DNA of 64,000 nt from the human T2T-CHM13v2.0 reference genome, Homo sapiens: NCBI RefSeq assembly GCF_009914755.1, contig NC_060929.1. One strand, given 5' to 3'. Below, in pieces: positions 15,847-29,384 of this stretch (positions are counted from its first letter, which is position 1; every line of letters begins with the position of its first letter). Made by a program: the position numbers and the translations under genes. The notes under the pieces were generated by a model. It ran no database searches. It worked only from the letters and a program-made list of their open reading frames with translations, and had not been told where the DNA came from.

Positions 15847-16562
15847 ATGAAATTGAAAATAGAAAAACAATAGAGAAAATTAATAAAACCAGAAACTTGT
15901 CCTTTAATAAAATGAATACAATTGATAAACCTCCACACAAATTAATGAACATGAAAAGAGAAAAGATGTGCAATACAATATCAAAAAAGAAAGCAAGATC
16001 AGTACTACCAGTTTCATGAATATTAATAACAATCTTTGAACATTGAAGGGATAAGAATATTGTGAATAGCTTTATATCAACAAGTTGATGACTTAGAAGA
16101 AATAGAAAAATCACGTGAAAGACACAAATTTCCATTGATCACATGGGGAGAAATAGATAAACTGAACAGGCCTATATCTATTAAAGACACTGAATAATGT
16201 TTAACAACTTTTCTCAAAAGATAACCAGTCCTAGATAATTTCGAATGTGAATTCTATTGAACATTTAAGGTAGTATTGGTACCAGTTCCCTCATTCTCTA
16301 ATAGAAAATAGGGAGCACTCCCAAAATTACTTTTATAACCTTCATAGCAAAAACAGAGATATTTTACAAAAAGATAATTATGAGCAAATATCTCTTATAA
16401 AGATATATGTAAAATTCTCAACATAACACAAGAAAATCAAATTCAACAACATATAAAAATTAACACAACAAAGTCACATTTACTCTAGCTATGCAGTGCC
16501 AGTTTAATTTAAAAATCAAACAATGTAACCTACCACAATAGACAAAAGAAGAAAAATTGTAC

Positions 16563-16992
16563 TGTTACCAGAAAATCAGGTGTTCAGTCTAGGTCCTGCT
16601 GCTGGCCACAAAGAAAGCCAATCACTGAGACAACAATTATTGCCAAGAAGGCTATAATTGGGTGTTGCAGCCAAGGAAATGGGAGATCAGTCTCAAATCT
16701 ATAACCTTGATGGACTAAAATTGGGGGTTTATGTTGCAGGGAAGAAATGTAACAATGTGTAGGGAAACAGGAACTCAGAAGGCTTCAGGAAGCAATCATG
16801 ATGAATGAGACTCAGCATCCCATTGTCTGGTGGTGGTGATTTGGTGAGTTTCAATTCGTTGATCCATTTTTGTGTGAGGCCTGGATGTCCTTTTCTGAGG
16901 AAGGGAATCAGATAAAACAGATGCTAAGTTTCCAGCTTTAAGACTAGAAGTGTCCATTTCTATATTCACCAGAAAACTATCTGTGGGACTAA
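16563..16992 (-). mobile_element. LOR1-like ERV1 LTR, one terminus lost
   Basis: Minus strand reads TAGTCCCACAGATAG...AGTCTTAAAGCTGGAAACTTAG...TTATCTGA as in LOR1; TGTTAC terminus at 16563. Confidence 0.7.
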
Positions 16993-17567
16993 AGTTGAAA
17001 TATTTAGGTATAAAGTTGAATAAAGGATTTATAAATATATATAGTTTCTATTCAGAAAGCAGAAAAGCTATGATGAGAGAAATCAAAGATTGTAATAAAT
17101 GGAGAGATATTGTGTGTTCATGGGATGAAAGATCCAATTCTGTTGAGATGTCAGTTCTTTCCAACTTGACCTGGTAAAATCAACTCAAACAAGCTATTTT
17201 GTAGACATCAAAAAACTGAGTGTAGAGTTTATATGAAAAAGCAAAATATGTGTTTAAAAAGCCAAAACGATACTAAAGAAGAACAAAGTTTTAGGCCTTA
17301 CAGTACCCATTTTGAAGGCTTACACTAATGCTACAGCATTCAAGTCAGCATGGTATTGGAGAAAGAACAGACACATAGATCAATAGGCAGATTAAAGAGT
17401 CCAAGATATATACATACTAATCTTTAACAAATGAGTAAAGGCAAATCAATTGAGAAAGAACGCTCTTTCAACAAATGTTACTGGATCAATTTAAATCCAT
17501 ATGCTTGACAATGAGTCTAATAAGATATCCTAACACCTTTCACAAAAATTAACTAAAAAAAAAAATC

Positions 17568-17885
17568 AGCTAAGCACAAGTGGCGCATGCCTGTAATCTC
17601 AGTACTTTGGAGAGTGATGTAAGAGGATTGCTTGAGGCTAGGAGTTTGAGATCAGCCTGGGCAACATAGTGAGACTCTGTATCTACAAAAAATAAAAAAA
17701 ATAAACAATGGGGCATGATAATCTATGTCTGTGGTCCTAGCCACTCAGGATGCTGAGAATGGAGGATGATTTGAGTACAGCAGTTTGACTCTCTAGCGAG
17801 CTATGATCGTACCACTGCACTCAGGCCTGGGAAATAGAGTGAGACCCTGTCACAAAAAAGATAAAAAGGAAGAAAAGAAAAAGAA
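17568..17885 (+). mobile_element. AluJ element
   Basis: Highly diverged dimer with GGATTGCTTGAGG and GAGCTATGATCG J-type motifs. Confidence 0.9.
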
Positions 17886-19299
17886 GTCATAGACTTAAAA
17901 AATTGCAAAACATCTATAAGAATGTATAAGACAAAAATCTAGATGACCTCAGGTTTGGCAATGAGTTTTTAGCTACAACACCAAAAATGTGTTCATAAAA
18001 GAAAGTAAAATGTTAAATATGGCTTTAATAAAATTAAAAACTATAACTCTTGAAAACACACTGGTAAAAAATTAAAAGACACACCACAGTCAGGGAGAAA
18101 ATATTTACAAAACATGTACCTGTTAAAGGACTTGTATACAAAATATAAAAAGAATTCTTAAAATGAAGTAAGAAGAAAATAGCAAATAACTAAAAATGGA
18201 AATATATCTAAACCAACCCCTTACCAAAGTAGATACACAAATAGCAAATAACTATAGGAAAGATGCTATCATTTATCATCATATAATTGAAAGTTTAAAC
18301 AACAATGCAAAATACAATACACATATTAGAATATTTAAAATAAAAAACAAACAAATATAAAACAGGAAAAGGACAATACCAGAAACTGAAGATGCCAAGA
18401 AATAGGAACTCTTCATTCATAGCTTGTGGAGATGCAAAATAGTACCACCAGTTTGAAAGACCATTCTTACAAATTAAATATAGTCTTAGCATACAATCCA
18501 TCAATTTCTTTTCTTTTATTTATCCAACTAATATGAAAACGTATATCCAAACAAAAAATTGCACATAAATATATTTAATAGTTTTATTCATAATTGCCCA
18601 AACTTGAAGTAACCAAAATGTTCAATACGTGAATGGATACTCACACTATAGTACACAAAACAAACAATGCAATATTAAGCCTAAGAGACATGGATGAGCC
18701 TTAAATGCACATTACTAGGTTAATAAAGCCATCCCAAAAGGGTTACATACTGTATGATTCCAATTACATCATATTCTGAAAAAGGCAAAATGTTGAGTGG
18801 TTGCCAAGACTTTGGAGAAGGGTAGGTATAATTCAGTAGGTAAAGCATAGGGAGTTTTATGGCAATGAAACTACTTATAGGATTCTGTAATTGTCTGAAA
18901 ATAATGCTGTGTTTTAAAAAATCCACTGAACTTTACAGAACAAAGAGTGAAAGAATGTATTAAAAATATCACTTATAAAGGTCAAGATATTTCAGTATGG
19001 TATGCAGAAAATAACAATCTTGGTTGTAAATGTAGGAAACAAGTCAATGAAGGATACATATTGAAGTCATAAATATTTAAAGGTTTCACTTATCTCCCAA
19101 TTTGATGTTAAGATATAATGCAATGTCAATCAAGTTACTAAGATAATTTTTTAAGTGGAACTTGAAAACTTCTACCTAAAATATATATAGAAATTTAAAT
19201 TGTTGAGACTATTAGAGACACTCTTGAAAAAGATCAAGCTAGCAGGTATGGCTCAGATTTCAAAATGACCTAAAGTTGCAGCAAATAGAATGTATTTCC

Positions 19300-20250
<951 letters not shown>

Positions 20251-20539
20251 TCCAAAAAGGGTCAGAATAGTGAAGGCATGGTTTGATCACCATTTCATAG
20301 TATAGTTCTCTCAAAAGAGATTAATAGCCTTTATTAGAAAAAACTACTAATTTGCTACTAGTTTGGAGACAATTTTGACACATAGGTCTTATGTGACCAA
20401 CCAATAACTCAATGATTATCATCCAGCTGAGAGCAGTACTCACGAGATTAGAAAAGAATTAGGACTATTGCACTATACTCACATTTGTATTTCTATAACG
20501 GAAGACATGCCAAGTATTTGACAAACTATAGAAGAAAAC

Positions 20540-20887
20540 TGGTATGGTTTGGCTGTGTCCCCACCCAAATCGCATCTTAAATTGTAGTTCCCATAATCCC
20601 CATGTGTTGTGGGAGGGGACCCAGTGGGAGGTAATTGAATCATGGGGCTGTTACTTCTGTGCTGTTCTTGTGATAGTGAATGAGTTCTCACGAGATCTGA
20701 TGGTTTTATAAGGGGCTTTTCTCCCTTTTGCTTGGCACTTCTCCTTGCTGCCCTCTTCTGTCATGATTCCTCAAGTTTCCTGAGGTTTCCCCAGCCATGT
20801 TGAACTGTGAGTCAATTGAACCTCTTTCCTTTATAAATTAAACAGTCTCGGATATGTGTTTATTAACTGTGAGAATGAACTAATACA
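20540..20887 (+). mobile_element. THE1 (C/D-type) solo LTR
   Basis: TGGTATGGTTTGGCTGTGTCCCC...CTAATACA; 5-bp TSD AAAAC at 20535-20539 and 20888-20892. Confidence 0.93.
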
Positions 20888-23574
20888 AAAACTCAACTCT
20901 AGTCAAGAGGTTGAAAATGGTAATAGTGCCAGAGGTGTAAAACATCTGACTTTATAAATAAATAAACTTGATTTTAAAAAAATTTCCACTGGGAGAAGGC
21001 AGAGCCTGGAAATATGGATTAATTGAATGAAGCCTTTAGTTATTTGTTCCCTGAATGTGGGCATCAGAGCAATAAGGATAGACCCTCATTCTGAATTCGG
21101 GAAATGCATGGAGAGACATACAGTAGGTATTTATTCTTCTTTACAAGCCGTGAAGGAACGCTGATGCTGCTCCTTTTTAAAGAATTATAAAATTCTTTAA
21201 AAAGTGACCTCATCCAGCCACTTCTGAAAAACTAGACGCTAGTCCTGACATGGCTAGCCTTGCATGAAATAGACCCCTTATGTAAAAGAAATCAAGATTT
21301 GGTGCAAAAAACTCATACAATATCTAATCAAGAGGAGAGAATTAAGGATCGATGACTCAATTTAGGCCTGAAGGTAATGGAACTGAAAACAATTAGAGAA
21401 GAGAGTTACCCAATAAATCAAAAGATGCCCAAGAAGAGTCTCCAGTTGAATAATTAAATACATTTTATTGTCCTTACCTAATGAAGGAACTTTCCAGCAG
21501 TGTCCAATATTTAATCTCTGGCAAAGGTATGATGGGAAAAAAAGTACCTAACCAGAACTAGCTTAAAATGAGTGTATCTACCACATAAATTTAAGGAATT
21601 TCATTCTTCTTAGAACCTAGATTTATTTAGGCAGGAGATTTTTCCAGTTATAAGTAAACAGAACAAAAGTCAAACAAGAAATTGAATTCTTAAGTGAATG
21701 TGGGGTGGAATACAGAAGAGAAGAGAAAGAACCCAAGAGCATGGCAGACATTACACAGTATGTTATGTGGCTCCACAAATTTGTAGTAGTTTATTAAAGG
21801 TAATGATGTTTGCCTTTATAAGGTTTTATTAGTTTTTTAAATTTTTAAATGCAGAAAATTGGTAAAAGAGATGGAGGGAAGAAAGTTTGCTTAGATTTGC
21901 AAAGTATAAAGAGGAACTCATCTGGGATCAGATGTTACGCAAAACACCCAGAAGATAACATTTCCCTCACAAGTTATCTTTGGTATTGAGGCATAACAAA
22001 TAAACCTCATGAACAACGGAAAATTCAAATAATAATTGTTGAAAATTTAGCACATCCTTATTAGTTTTTCATTTATTTTTCTAAATTCAATTAATAATTC
22101 AATTATTAATAGTAAAAAATAAATTTTCATTTATTTTTCTAAATTTAATGAATAATACATATGTGTGTTATTCAAACTTTTGAAAGAAAATATTAAAACA
22201 TATCATTAATTCAAATTGCCATTGATTATTCATAAAAACAGCTTACTTTTATTTCAAAAAATTACTTTTACTAGCATAGTTTAATACATACTGCAATAAA
22301 GTGTTTTAAGGAAAACCTATTGCCCACATTTGTGTAAATGCATAATTATATCACAGTTGAAACAGTCAATGTAAAGAAGATACATATTGATTTGTTAGGC
22401 TGAAAATTAACACAACAGTATGTTAACATACAATTGTTTATACTATTGTATAGTATTCTGATAATGATACAGTATTGATACATGGTACATGATATAACAG
22501 CATTCTGATATTTAAGTTTTTTAATGATTAAATGATTTAAAAAACTAAAATATCAGAATTTTATTAGGGGTAACAAGAAAATGAATAAGAAATTTAGAGA
22601 AGAGGAAGAGAAACAAAGAATATAAACATTACGAGTCACATTGCTTGTCATATGTTGGAGTTTTATATCATTTAAAATGCATTTAAATAAAGAATGGTCT
22701 TCCAGTCGTCTATTTATTCAAATAGTTGTGGGACTTGAAAGTTATCCTTTCACAAGACTCAGAATGAGCTACAATTGCAGCATCTCAGAAAATGAAATTG
22801 CTTTAGGATTCAACTGAAGACTGACATCAAATATAATTGGGTCCTTTAATCTCTAACTTAAGAAAGTCGTCAAATATTTGCTGTGCCTTGACAGAAGTTG
22901 ACTTATTTTTATGTATTTTTTCACTGAAGAGTGACTTCACATAAAATAGTACTTCTTAAATTTGTAAATACCTAGAAAAGAACATGTAACTTATAATTAA
23001 ATGAACTGTTCATAACTATCATCAATTTTTGCTATGTTAGGAATGATTTTGTAAATAAATAGTGATAATTATGTTAGTTTTATACTGATTTTAACCCAGA
23101 AAAATTAGCCTTTTCCTCAATGATAAGAGAGATATCACTTTTCTTGGAGCTCCTGAAAGTTAGCATAAGAGAAAACGCAGACAGCTAGATATGAGAAAGA
23201 AAAATCAGAAATAACCAAGGAAACTTAGTACAGCATGGCTTAGTATTGAAAGATTTTTGCTTCCTGTTCTTTGAACCATTCCAATTATCTTTAAGTCTTT
23301 ACTGAAGTATGTCAATTGTGTAAGCCTTAGCTTAGGGATGATTTGTGGACTTAAGGGAAAGCAGCAAGGGTCATATTCTTGTCTGAACTAAATGGGGAAA
23401 ACACAGGAACTTCAGGATACAAAATAAGGGGCACACATCAAACAGAGAAAGTGGAAATTCAAAGCATGAGATGACCCAGCCCACAGGAAACCTCAGACAC
23501 ATGAGAAATGATCCACGGCTTCCTACAGTACCTGGGACAGGTGATGACTCCAGTTTGACAATCAAAGGTAATCA

Positions 23575-23892
23575 GAACATTATGCTAAGTGAAATAAAAA
23601 GACACAAGAGAATGAACATGGTATGATTTTATTTATAAGCACCTAAAATAGACAATATAATAGAGACAAAAAGCAAAACAGAGGCTACCAATGCCTGTGG
23701 GGAGGGAGAGAGGTAGAAAAAGAGGGGCTATTGATTGATAAGTTTCTGTTTGGAATGATGGGAAAGTTCTGGAAATACACAGCATGATGGTTACACAAAG
23801 TTGCAAATATTTTTAATGCCACTGCATTTTAAATTTAAAAATAAATAGAATAGTATATATTATGTTATTTATATTTTACTACAATTAAAAAG
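23575..23892 (+). mobile_element. L1MB-type 3' end
   Basis: ACATTATGCTAAGTGAAATAA...AGTTTCTGTTTGGAATGATGGGAAAGTTCTGGAAAT...TAATGCCACTG. Confidence 0.8.
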
Positions 23893-23899
23893 AAGGCTC

Positions 23900-24480
23900 C
23901 ACATCAAACAACCAATATACAGGAAATACAAGGCACAGAGAAATATACTAAATGACACTTCAAGAATATCATAATTAAAATACAGTCTTTGGGGAACTAG
24001 AGAAAGAATGACTTATTTTCTTCAGCAAAAGATGACAGAGAAAACAAAAAGACAGATGGGTGAAAGGCTATAGAAATCTATAGATAAGTGAGAGCCAATC
24101 ACAATTTAAGAATCTTATTTGAATCCCAATTCAAACAAATTGGAAAATAAATTATAAGGCAATTAAGGAAATGTCAACACTGATATATGATGATATTAAG
24201 GTATTATTGTTAATATTTTAGGTGTGATTATGGTATTATAGTGATTTTTTAATAAAAGTCGTGATCTTTTACAGAGACTCACTGAAATATTTATAATGAA
24301 TTAATGTGATAACTGAGATTTGTTTCAAAATAGTCTGGGGATAGGTAGGTGGAGTACAGGTGACACATACTGGATATCCCCTGATAATTGTTGTGACTGG
24401 GTGATAGGTATACTGAGTTATTATATATGCCATCTAGTATTACATGCATTTGAAATTTTATAAATATTTAAACAGCAAAA
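23900..24480 (+). mobile_element. L1ME-type 3' end
   Basis: GATGATATTAAGGTATTATTGTTAAT...ACTGAAATATTTAT...GATTTGTTTCAAAATA. Confidence 0.7.
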
Positions 24481-25287
24481 CATTTAAAAATGAAAATAAA
24501 ATTAATTAGAAGAGATTGGTGGCATTGCTGATCTTCAGTAAGCAAAAATTTGCGTTAGAAAAGTAGCTTTTAATGTAACCAGTGAGAGGTGTGTTGAAGT
24601 ACAATAAATCACAGAAATTACAAATCAATATTAGATCACAGACAAAAATATAAAGTCACCCTAAATGAAATTGATTTATCATACTTCTAATTTATAATGT
24701 AATATTTTTCTGAGATATTTCTGTTATTTCAAGTTTTTTTGTGATTATAAGTAAAGCCACCAAAACCATTTACTTATAGATTTTTTGTGAAGATAAGCAT
24801 TCGGTTCTCCTGGGTAAACACTTTGGAATGTAATTGTAGGAGCATCATCTGGTAAGTGTGTACCCTTTTAAGAACTAGTCAAAATGTTCTCCAAAAGGGC
24901 TTTACCATTTTACATTTCACGCAGCAAGGTATGAGAGTTCAGTCACTCTCTTTTCTTGCCAACACTTGATATCATTATTTGTTTATTTTTATTAATTTAT
25001 TGTTGTTCTAATAAAAAGAGAGTAGTATCTCATTGTAAATTGAATTTATATTTTCCAAATGACAAATAATGTTGAGCATATTTCTATGTGTTTATTTGCA
25101 TCCATATACATTCTTTTGTGAAGCATTGGTTAAAAGTTTTGCTCATTTTTTATGGGATGTTTATATAATCTTTATTGAGTTTTAAATGTTTAAATTTTTG
25201 AACTATATCTAAAAATATATTTCATCAGATAATCGGACATGGGTTTCTCAAATATTTTCTCCCAGTCTGTGGTTTATTTTTCTGTTC

Positions 25288-25755
25288 ACTGAATGGGCAA
25301 AAGCTGGAAGCATCCCCCTTGAAAACTGGCGCAAATCAAGGATGTCCTCTTTCACCACTCCTACTCAACATAATATTGGTTGTCCTGGACAGAAAATCAG
25401 TCAAGAGAAAGAAATAAAAGTTATCTAAATAGGAAAAAAGGAAGCAGAACTATCCCCGTTTGCAGATGACATGATTCAATATCTAGAAAACCCCATAATG
25501 TTGGCCCGAAAGCTCCTTCAGCTGATAAACATTTTCAGCAAGGTTTCAGTATATAAAATCAACATACAAAAATCACTATTATTTTATACACCAACAACAG
25601 CCAAGGGGAGAGCCAAATCAGGAAAGCAATCCCATTCGCAGTTACCACCAAATGAATAAAATACCTAGGAATACAGCTAACCAGGGAGGTGAAAGATCTC
25701 TACAATGAGAATTAAAAAACATTGCTCTAAGAAATCAGAGACGATACAAACAAAT
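25288..25755 (+). mobile_element. Internal primate L1 ORF2 reverse-transcriptase fragment
   Basis: GAATGGGCAAAAGCTGGAAGC...TTTGCAGATGAC (FADD codons 25459-25470)...AAAATACCTAGGAATACAGCTAACC; no 3' UTR or tail. Confidence 0.9.
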
Positions 25756-26444
25756 AGGTTGCTTTAAAAGAGTAGAATATTGTCATATTGATGAAACTTA
25801 TATAATGGCTTTTTCTTTAATGAACAGTGATTTTTGTGTCAATTCTAAAAAATTTGTATCTAATCCAAGTTCACAGTCATTTCTCTTATGTTTTCTTCTA
25901 AAACTTTATAGCTGATTTAGGTCTGTTGTTCATTTTGAGTAATATAATTTTTAGGTATTGGGTTAGATTTTCTTTATATCTATAATTTAAATTGTTCTAG
26001 AAAAATTTGTTGAAACTACTGTACTTTCCCTATTAAACTTTCTGTTTACCTTTGTACCAGTTTAATTATTCATTTATTTATAATAGAAAAGGATTCTATT
26101 CTGTTCTATTGATCTGTGATTCTATCATTTGGACGAATCTACATAATCTTATTACAGCTCTAAGTTGAGGCTTTAATCCATGCAATGTGAACTCTCCAGT
26201 TACACTCTTTTTCAACTTATTTTATTGTTTAAATTATTTGTTCTCCTTTATACATTTTTGGATCTGCCTGCCTGTTTCTAAAAAATATTCTGCCAAGGAT
26301 TTCATTGAAATGTTATGGAATCTATAGGGCGATTTGGAGAGATTTGACATCTCAGCAAGATTGGGTCTTATATCTTTGTATCTATTGCAAAAAATACAGT
26401 TTTCAAATCTTTCAATTTCCAATTTTTCATATATAGTATACAAT

Positions 26445-26745
26445 AGGGGGTTGGACAATTTTTCCTGGAAAGTAACATATAATAAATATTTTGGACGTTG
26501 CAGGCCATGTTGTCTCTGTTGCAATTAGTCAATTGTGCCATTGTAGCAAGAAAGCACCCATAAACAATATATGAATATATGAGAATAGATGCGTTCCTCT
26601 GAAACTTTATTTATGAAGAAAAAAAATTGGTTTTCATGCAATTTTCAGGTGTCAAAATATAATTCTTCTTTTGGTTTTGTTTTTAACTATTTTTTGAAAT
26701 GAAAACCACTCAGCTTTCAGGCCATACAAAAAGAGGTAATAGGCC
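26445..26745 (+). mobile_element. MER58-like hAT-Charlie DNA transposon
   Basis: AGGGGGTTGGACAATTTTTCCTG...TGCCATTGTAGCAAGAAAGCA...AAACTTTATTTATG. Confidence 0.75.
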
Positions 26746-28589
26746 AACGTACCTTTTGTATATTCATCATGTGTCTGACAACCTTGTGAAATTTACTTAG
26801 TTCTGGCAGTTGTTTTTGTAGATTCTTTTAGAGTCTACATAAAAAATCACGCAATTTTCAAATTGAATTTTGTCCTTTCTTCCTAGTGTGTCCAATGAGT
26901 ATGCCTTTGATTTAACATTCTTCATTTTATTGGCTAGGATCTACAATATAATATTAATTCAGTGTGATATTGAATCGACATCACTAATGTTTTTCATACT
27001 ATGGGAAAACCATTAAGTCTAAAATCATTAAGTAAAATGCTAACTACATTTTTAAAAATTTCTCATGCTTTTGTTTTTATTCACTTATAAATATAATATA
27101 ATTTCCATTATGACTTCTTTGACCTCTTATGTTATTTGTGATGTGTGGGTTTTTTCATTAAATTTAGATATGTGGATATTTCCCAAGTAGCATTTTGTTT
27201 TTTATTTTTAGTTTACTTTTCATTATAGGCAGAGAATATTTTTATATAATTTCAGTGATTTTATGTGAAATTAGGCTTATCATAAATATATAACAATAAT
27301 AATGATCTATCATGATGGGTGTTCCAGTGTGTATTAAAAAAAAATGTGTGTTCTGCTTTTTGTTGGGCAGAACACGCTATAAGTGTAACTTAGTTCTCTT
27401 TGTAGAGTTTAGATCTTATATATCCTCAATGAGATTCTGTTTACTTATTTGATTTATTACTGACAGAGGTATATTGAAGGCTTCAACCATAATAGTGTTA
27501 GTCTGTCAAATTTCATGCATTTTGAAGCTCTGTGAGATTCAGAGCTAATAATAGAAATATTGTGTTTTCTTCTTGACTTGATCCTTTTATTATTATGTAA
27601 TGACTTTTATTCTTATTAATATATTATAATCTAAAAACTACTTTAGATAATAATATAGTCACCCCAGTTTTCTATATGTTTGTTAATTATTTGTTTGGTA
27701 TATATTTCTGTCTGCTTGATATTAATTTATCTGCATCTTTATATGTAAGTGAATTTAATATTCACAGAAGAAAACTAGTTAAGTGTTGCTTTGTTATCTA
27801 ATCTGACAAACTTTTCAAAGTGGGGGTGTCTATATCACTTATAGTTAATTTAATTATTGGTACTGAAATGAGAAAAGTTTCCTTGTACCCCTTGCGGAGC
27901 CTGCAACACAGAGAGTGGTTCTTCAGTGCCTCCCTGCTCAAATCTCTAGGGGAGCATACAGATGGACAGGTTGTGGGGCTCCTACCCCATGGCAGTGTCT
28001 AAGGCTGAATGTTTACAGCTTCTGAAGCCACAGTGGGCGTGTGCTACCCTGTGCTCTTTTAGTTTTGCTGTCCATAGGCGGCTTGTGTTAACCAGCTCAA
28101 TTAGACCCTCTGCTTTGTCTCAAAGACAGAGGGCTTTCTGGATCCCGGGTTCTTGCTTTGGTGTACCAGAAGAATTTGATCACACGTGGGCTTGGAGAAT
28201 GAGTTGCAAGGTTTTATTGAGTGTGGGTAGCTCTCAGCAGATGGGGGAAGCCAGAAAGTGATGGAGTGGGCAGGTTTTTCCCTGGAGTCAGGCGCTGAGC
28301 AGGCCGGGTTCTCCTCTTGACTGCCCCAGCCAAATTCCACGTGGTTCTGCCAGGCAGTGGCCTGCATGCTGGTGCTTGTCAGTGCATTCCTCCAGATGTC
28401 AAGCCACTTGTGTCCAGAGTCTTCCACTAATGTTCTTCTCTCAGATATCCAACTGCCTATGTGTCTGCCTGCTAGGGTCTCAGGGATTTTACAGGCACAG
28501 GATGGGGGCGTGGCAGGCTAGGGTGGTCTTGGGAAATGCAACATTTGGGCAGAAAAACAAAAATGCCTCTTCTCACCTAGGTCGATGGA

Positions 28590-29126
28590 TGTGTCCGGAA
28601 CTGTTTCCTTTCGGTGGGTTCTTGGTCTTGCTGACTTCAAGAATGAAGCCGTGGACCTTCACAGTGAGTGTTACAGCTCTTAAAGATGGTGTGTCCGTAG
28701 TTTGTTCCCTCAGATGTGTCCAGAGTTTCTTCCTCCTGCTGGGTTCATGGTCTTGCTGACTTCAGGAGTGAAGCTGCAGACCCTCACAGTGAGTGTTACA
28801 GCTCTTAAAAGTAGTGTGGACCCAAAGAGTGAGCAGCGGCAAGATTTATTGTGAAGAGCGAAAAAACAAAGCTTCCACATCGTAGAACGGGAGCTGAGCA
28901 GGTTGCTGCTGCTGGCTCAGGTGGACTGCTTTTATTCCCTTATTTGACCCCGCCCACATACTGCTGATTGGTCCATTTTATAGAGTGCTGATTGGTCCAT
29001 TTTATAGAGTGCTGATTGGTCCGTTTTTACAGAGTGCTGATTGGTGTGTTTACAAACCTTTAGCTGGACACAAAAGTTCTCCAAGTCCCCACTTGACCCA
29101 GGAAGTCCAGCTGGCTTCACCTCTTA
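28590..29126 (-). mobile_element. LTR12-family (ERV9) solo LTR
   Basis: TGTGTCCGGAA terminus, duplicated GCTGACTTCA..GTGAGTGTTACAGCTCTTAAA U5 units, GCTGATTGG repeats; TSD TGGA/TGGG. Confidence 0.93.
28931..29044 (-). promoter_or_regulatory. ERV9-type promoter module: four CCAAT boxes, GC box, AATAAA TATA-like box
   Basis: ATTGG at 28967, 28991, 29015, 29040; CCCCGCCC at 28948-28955; TTTATT at 28931-28936. Activity not shown. Confidence 0.65.
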
Positions 29127-29384
29127 TGGGCACAGGCCTGGTGGTGGAGCCCTAGCCAGGGACCATGCCTTTTTCCCCTTCCTTATCATTTAAAGGGACC
29201 ACGCCCTTTGCTTCTCAGCACTTCCCTTCCATATCAGTATCATTGAATTTAAATCTATTATTTTGCTAATTGGTGAACCTATTTTCCTACTTGCTATTTT
29301 CCTACTTGGTGAACCTCCCCTTTTTTTGTTCCTCTTTTTATGCTAGTTTCTAAATTTTTTTAAAAATAACACTACTCATATTCC

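Larger units (their letters stand above)
15001..19040 (+). mobile_element. Old L1 (L1MC/MD-like): 5' fragment, degenerate ORF2 and 3' UTR, interrupted by LOR1 and AluJ
   Basis: Collinear ORF2-like landmarks (ATAAATGGAGAGATATTGTGTGTTCATGG; GCATGGTATTGG) and a 3' UTR containing TACATACTGTATGATTCCA. Confidence 0.75.
27864..29236 (-). mobile_element. LTR1-family (ERV1) solo LTR interrupted by LTR12
   Basis: Minus strand starts TGATATGGAAGGGAAGTGCTG...GGCGTGGTCCCTTTAAATGATA; 4-bp TSD GTAC/GTAT. Confidence 0.85.

Noticed and set aside
25288-25470. Orphan L1 fragment copied from the L1 at 42105-42290
   Set aside because: The overlap differs at many positions (e.g. CTATCCCCG vs CTATCTTTG), giving only family-level similarity.
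28963-29045. 24-bp periodic repeats resembling a CRISPR-like array
   Set aside because: No unique spacers; these are the normal LTR12 U3 CCAAT repeats in eukaryotic DNA.
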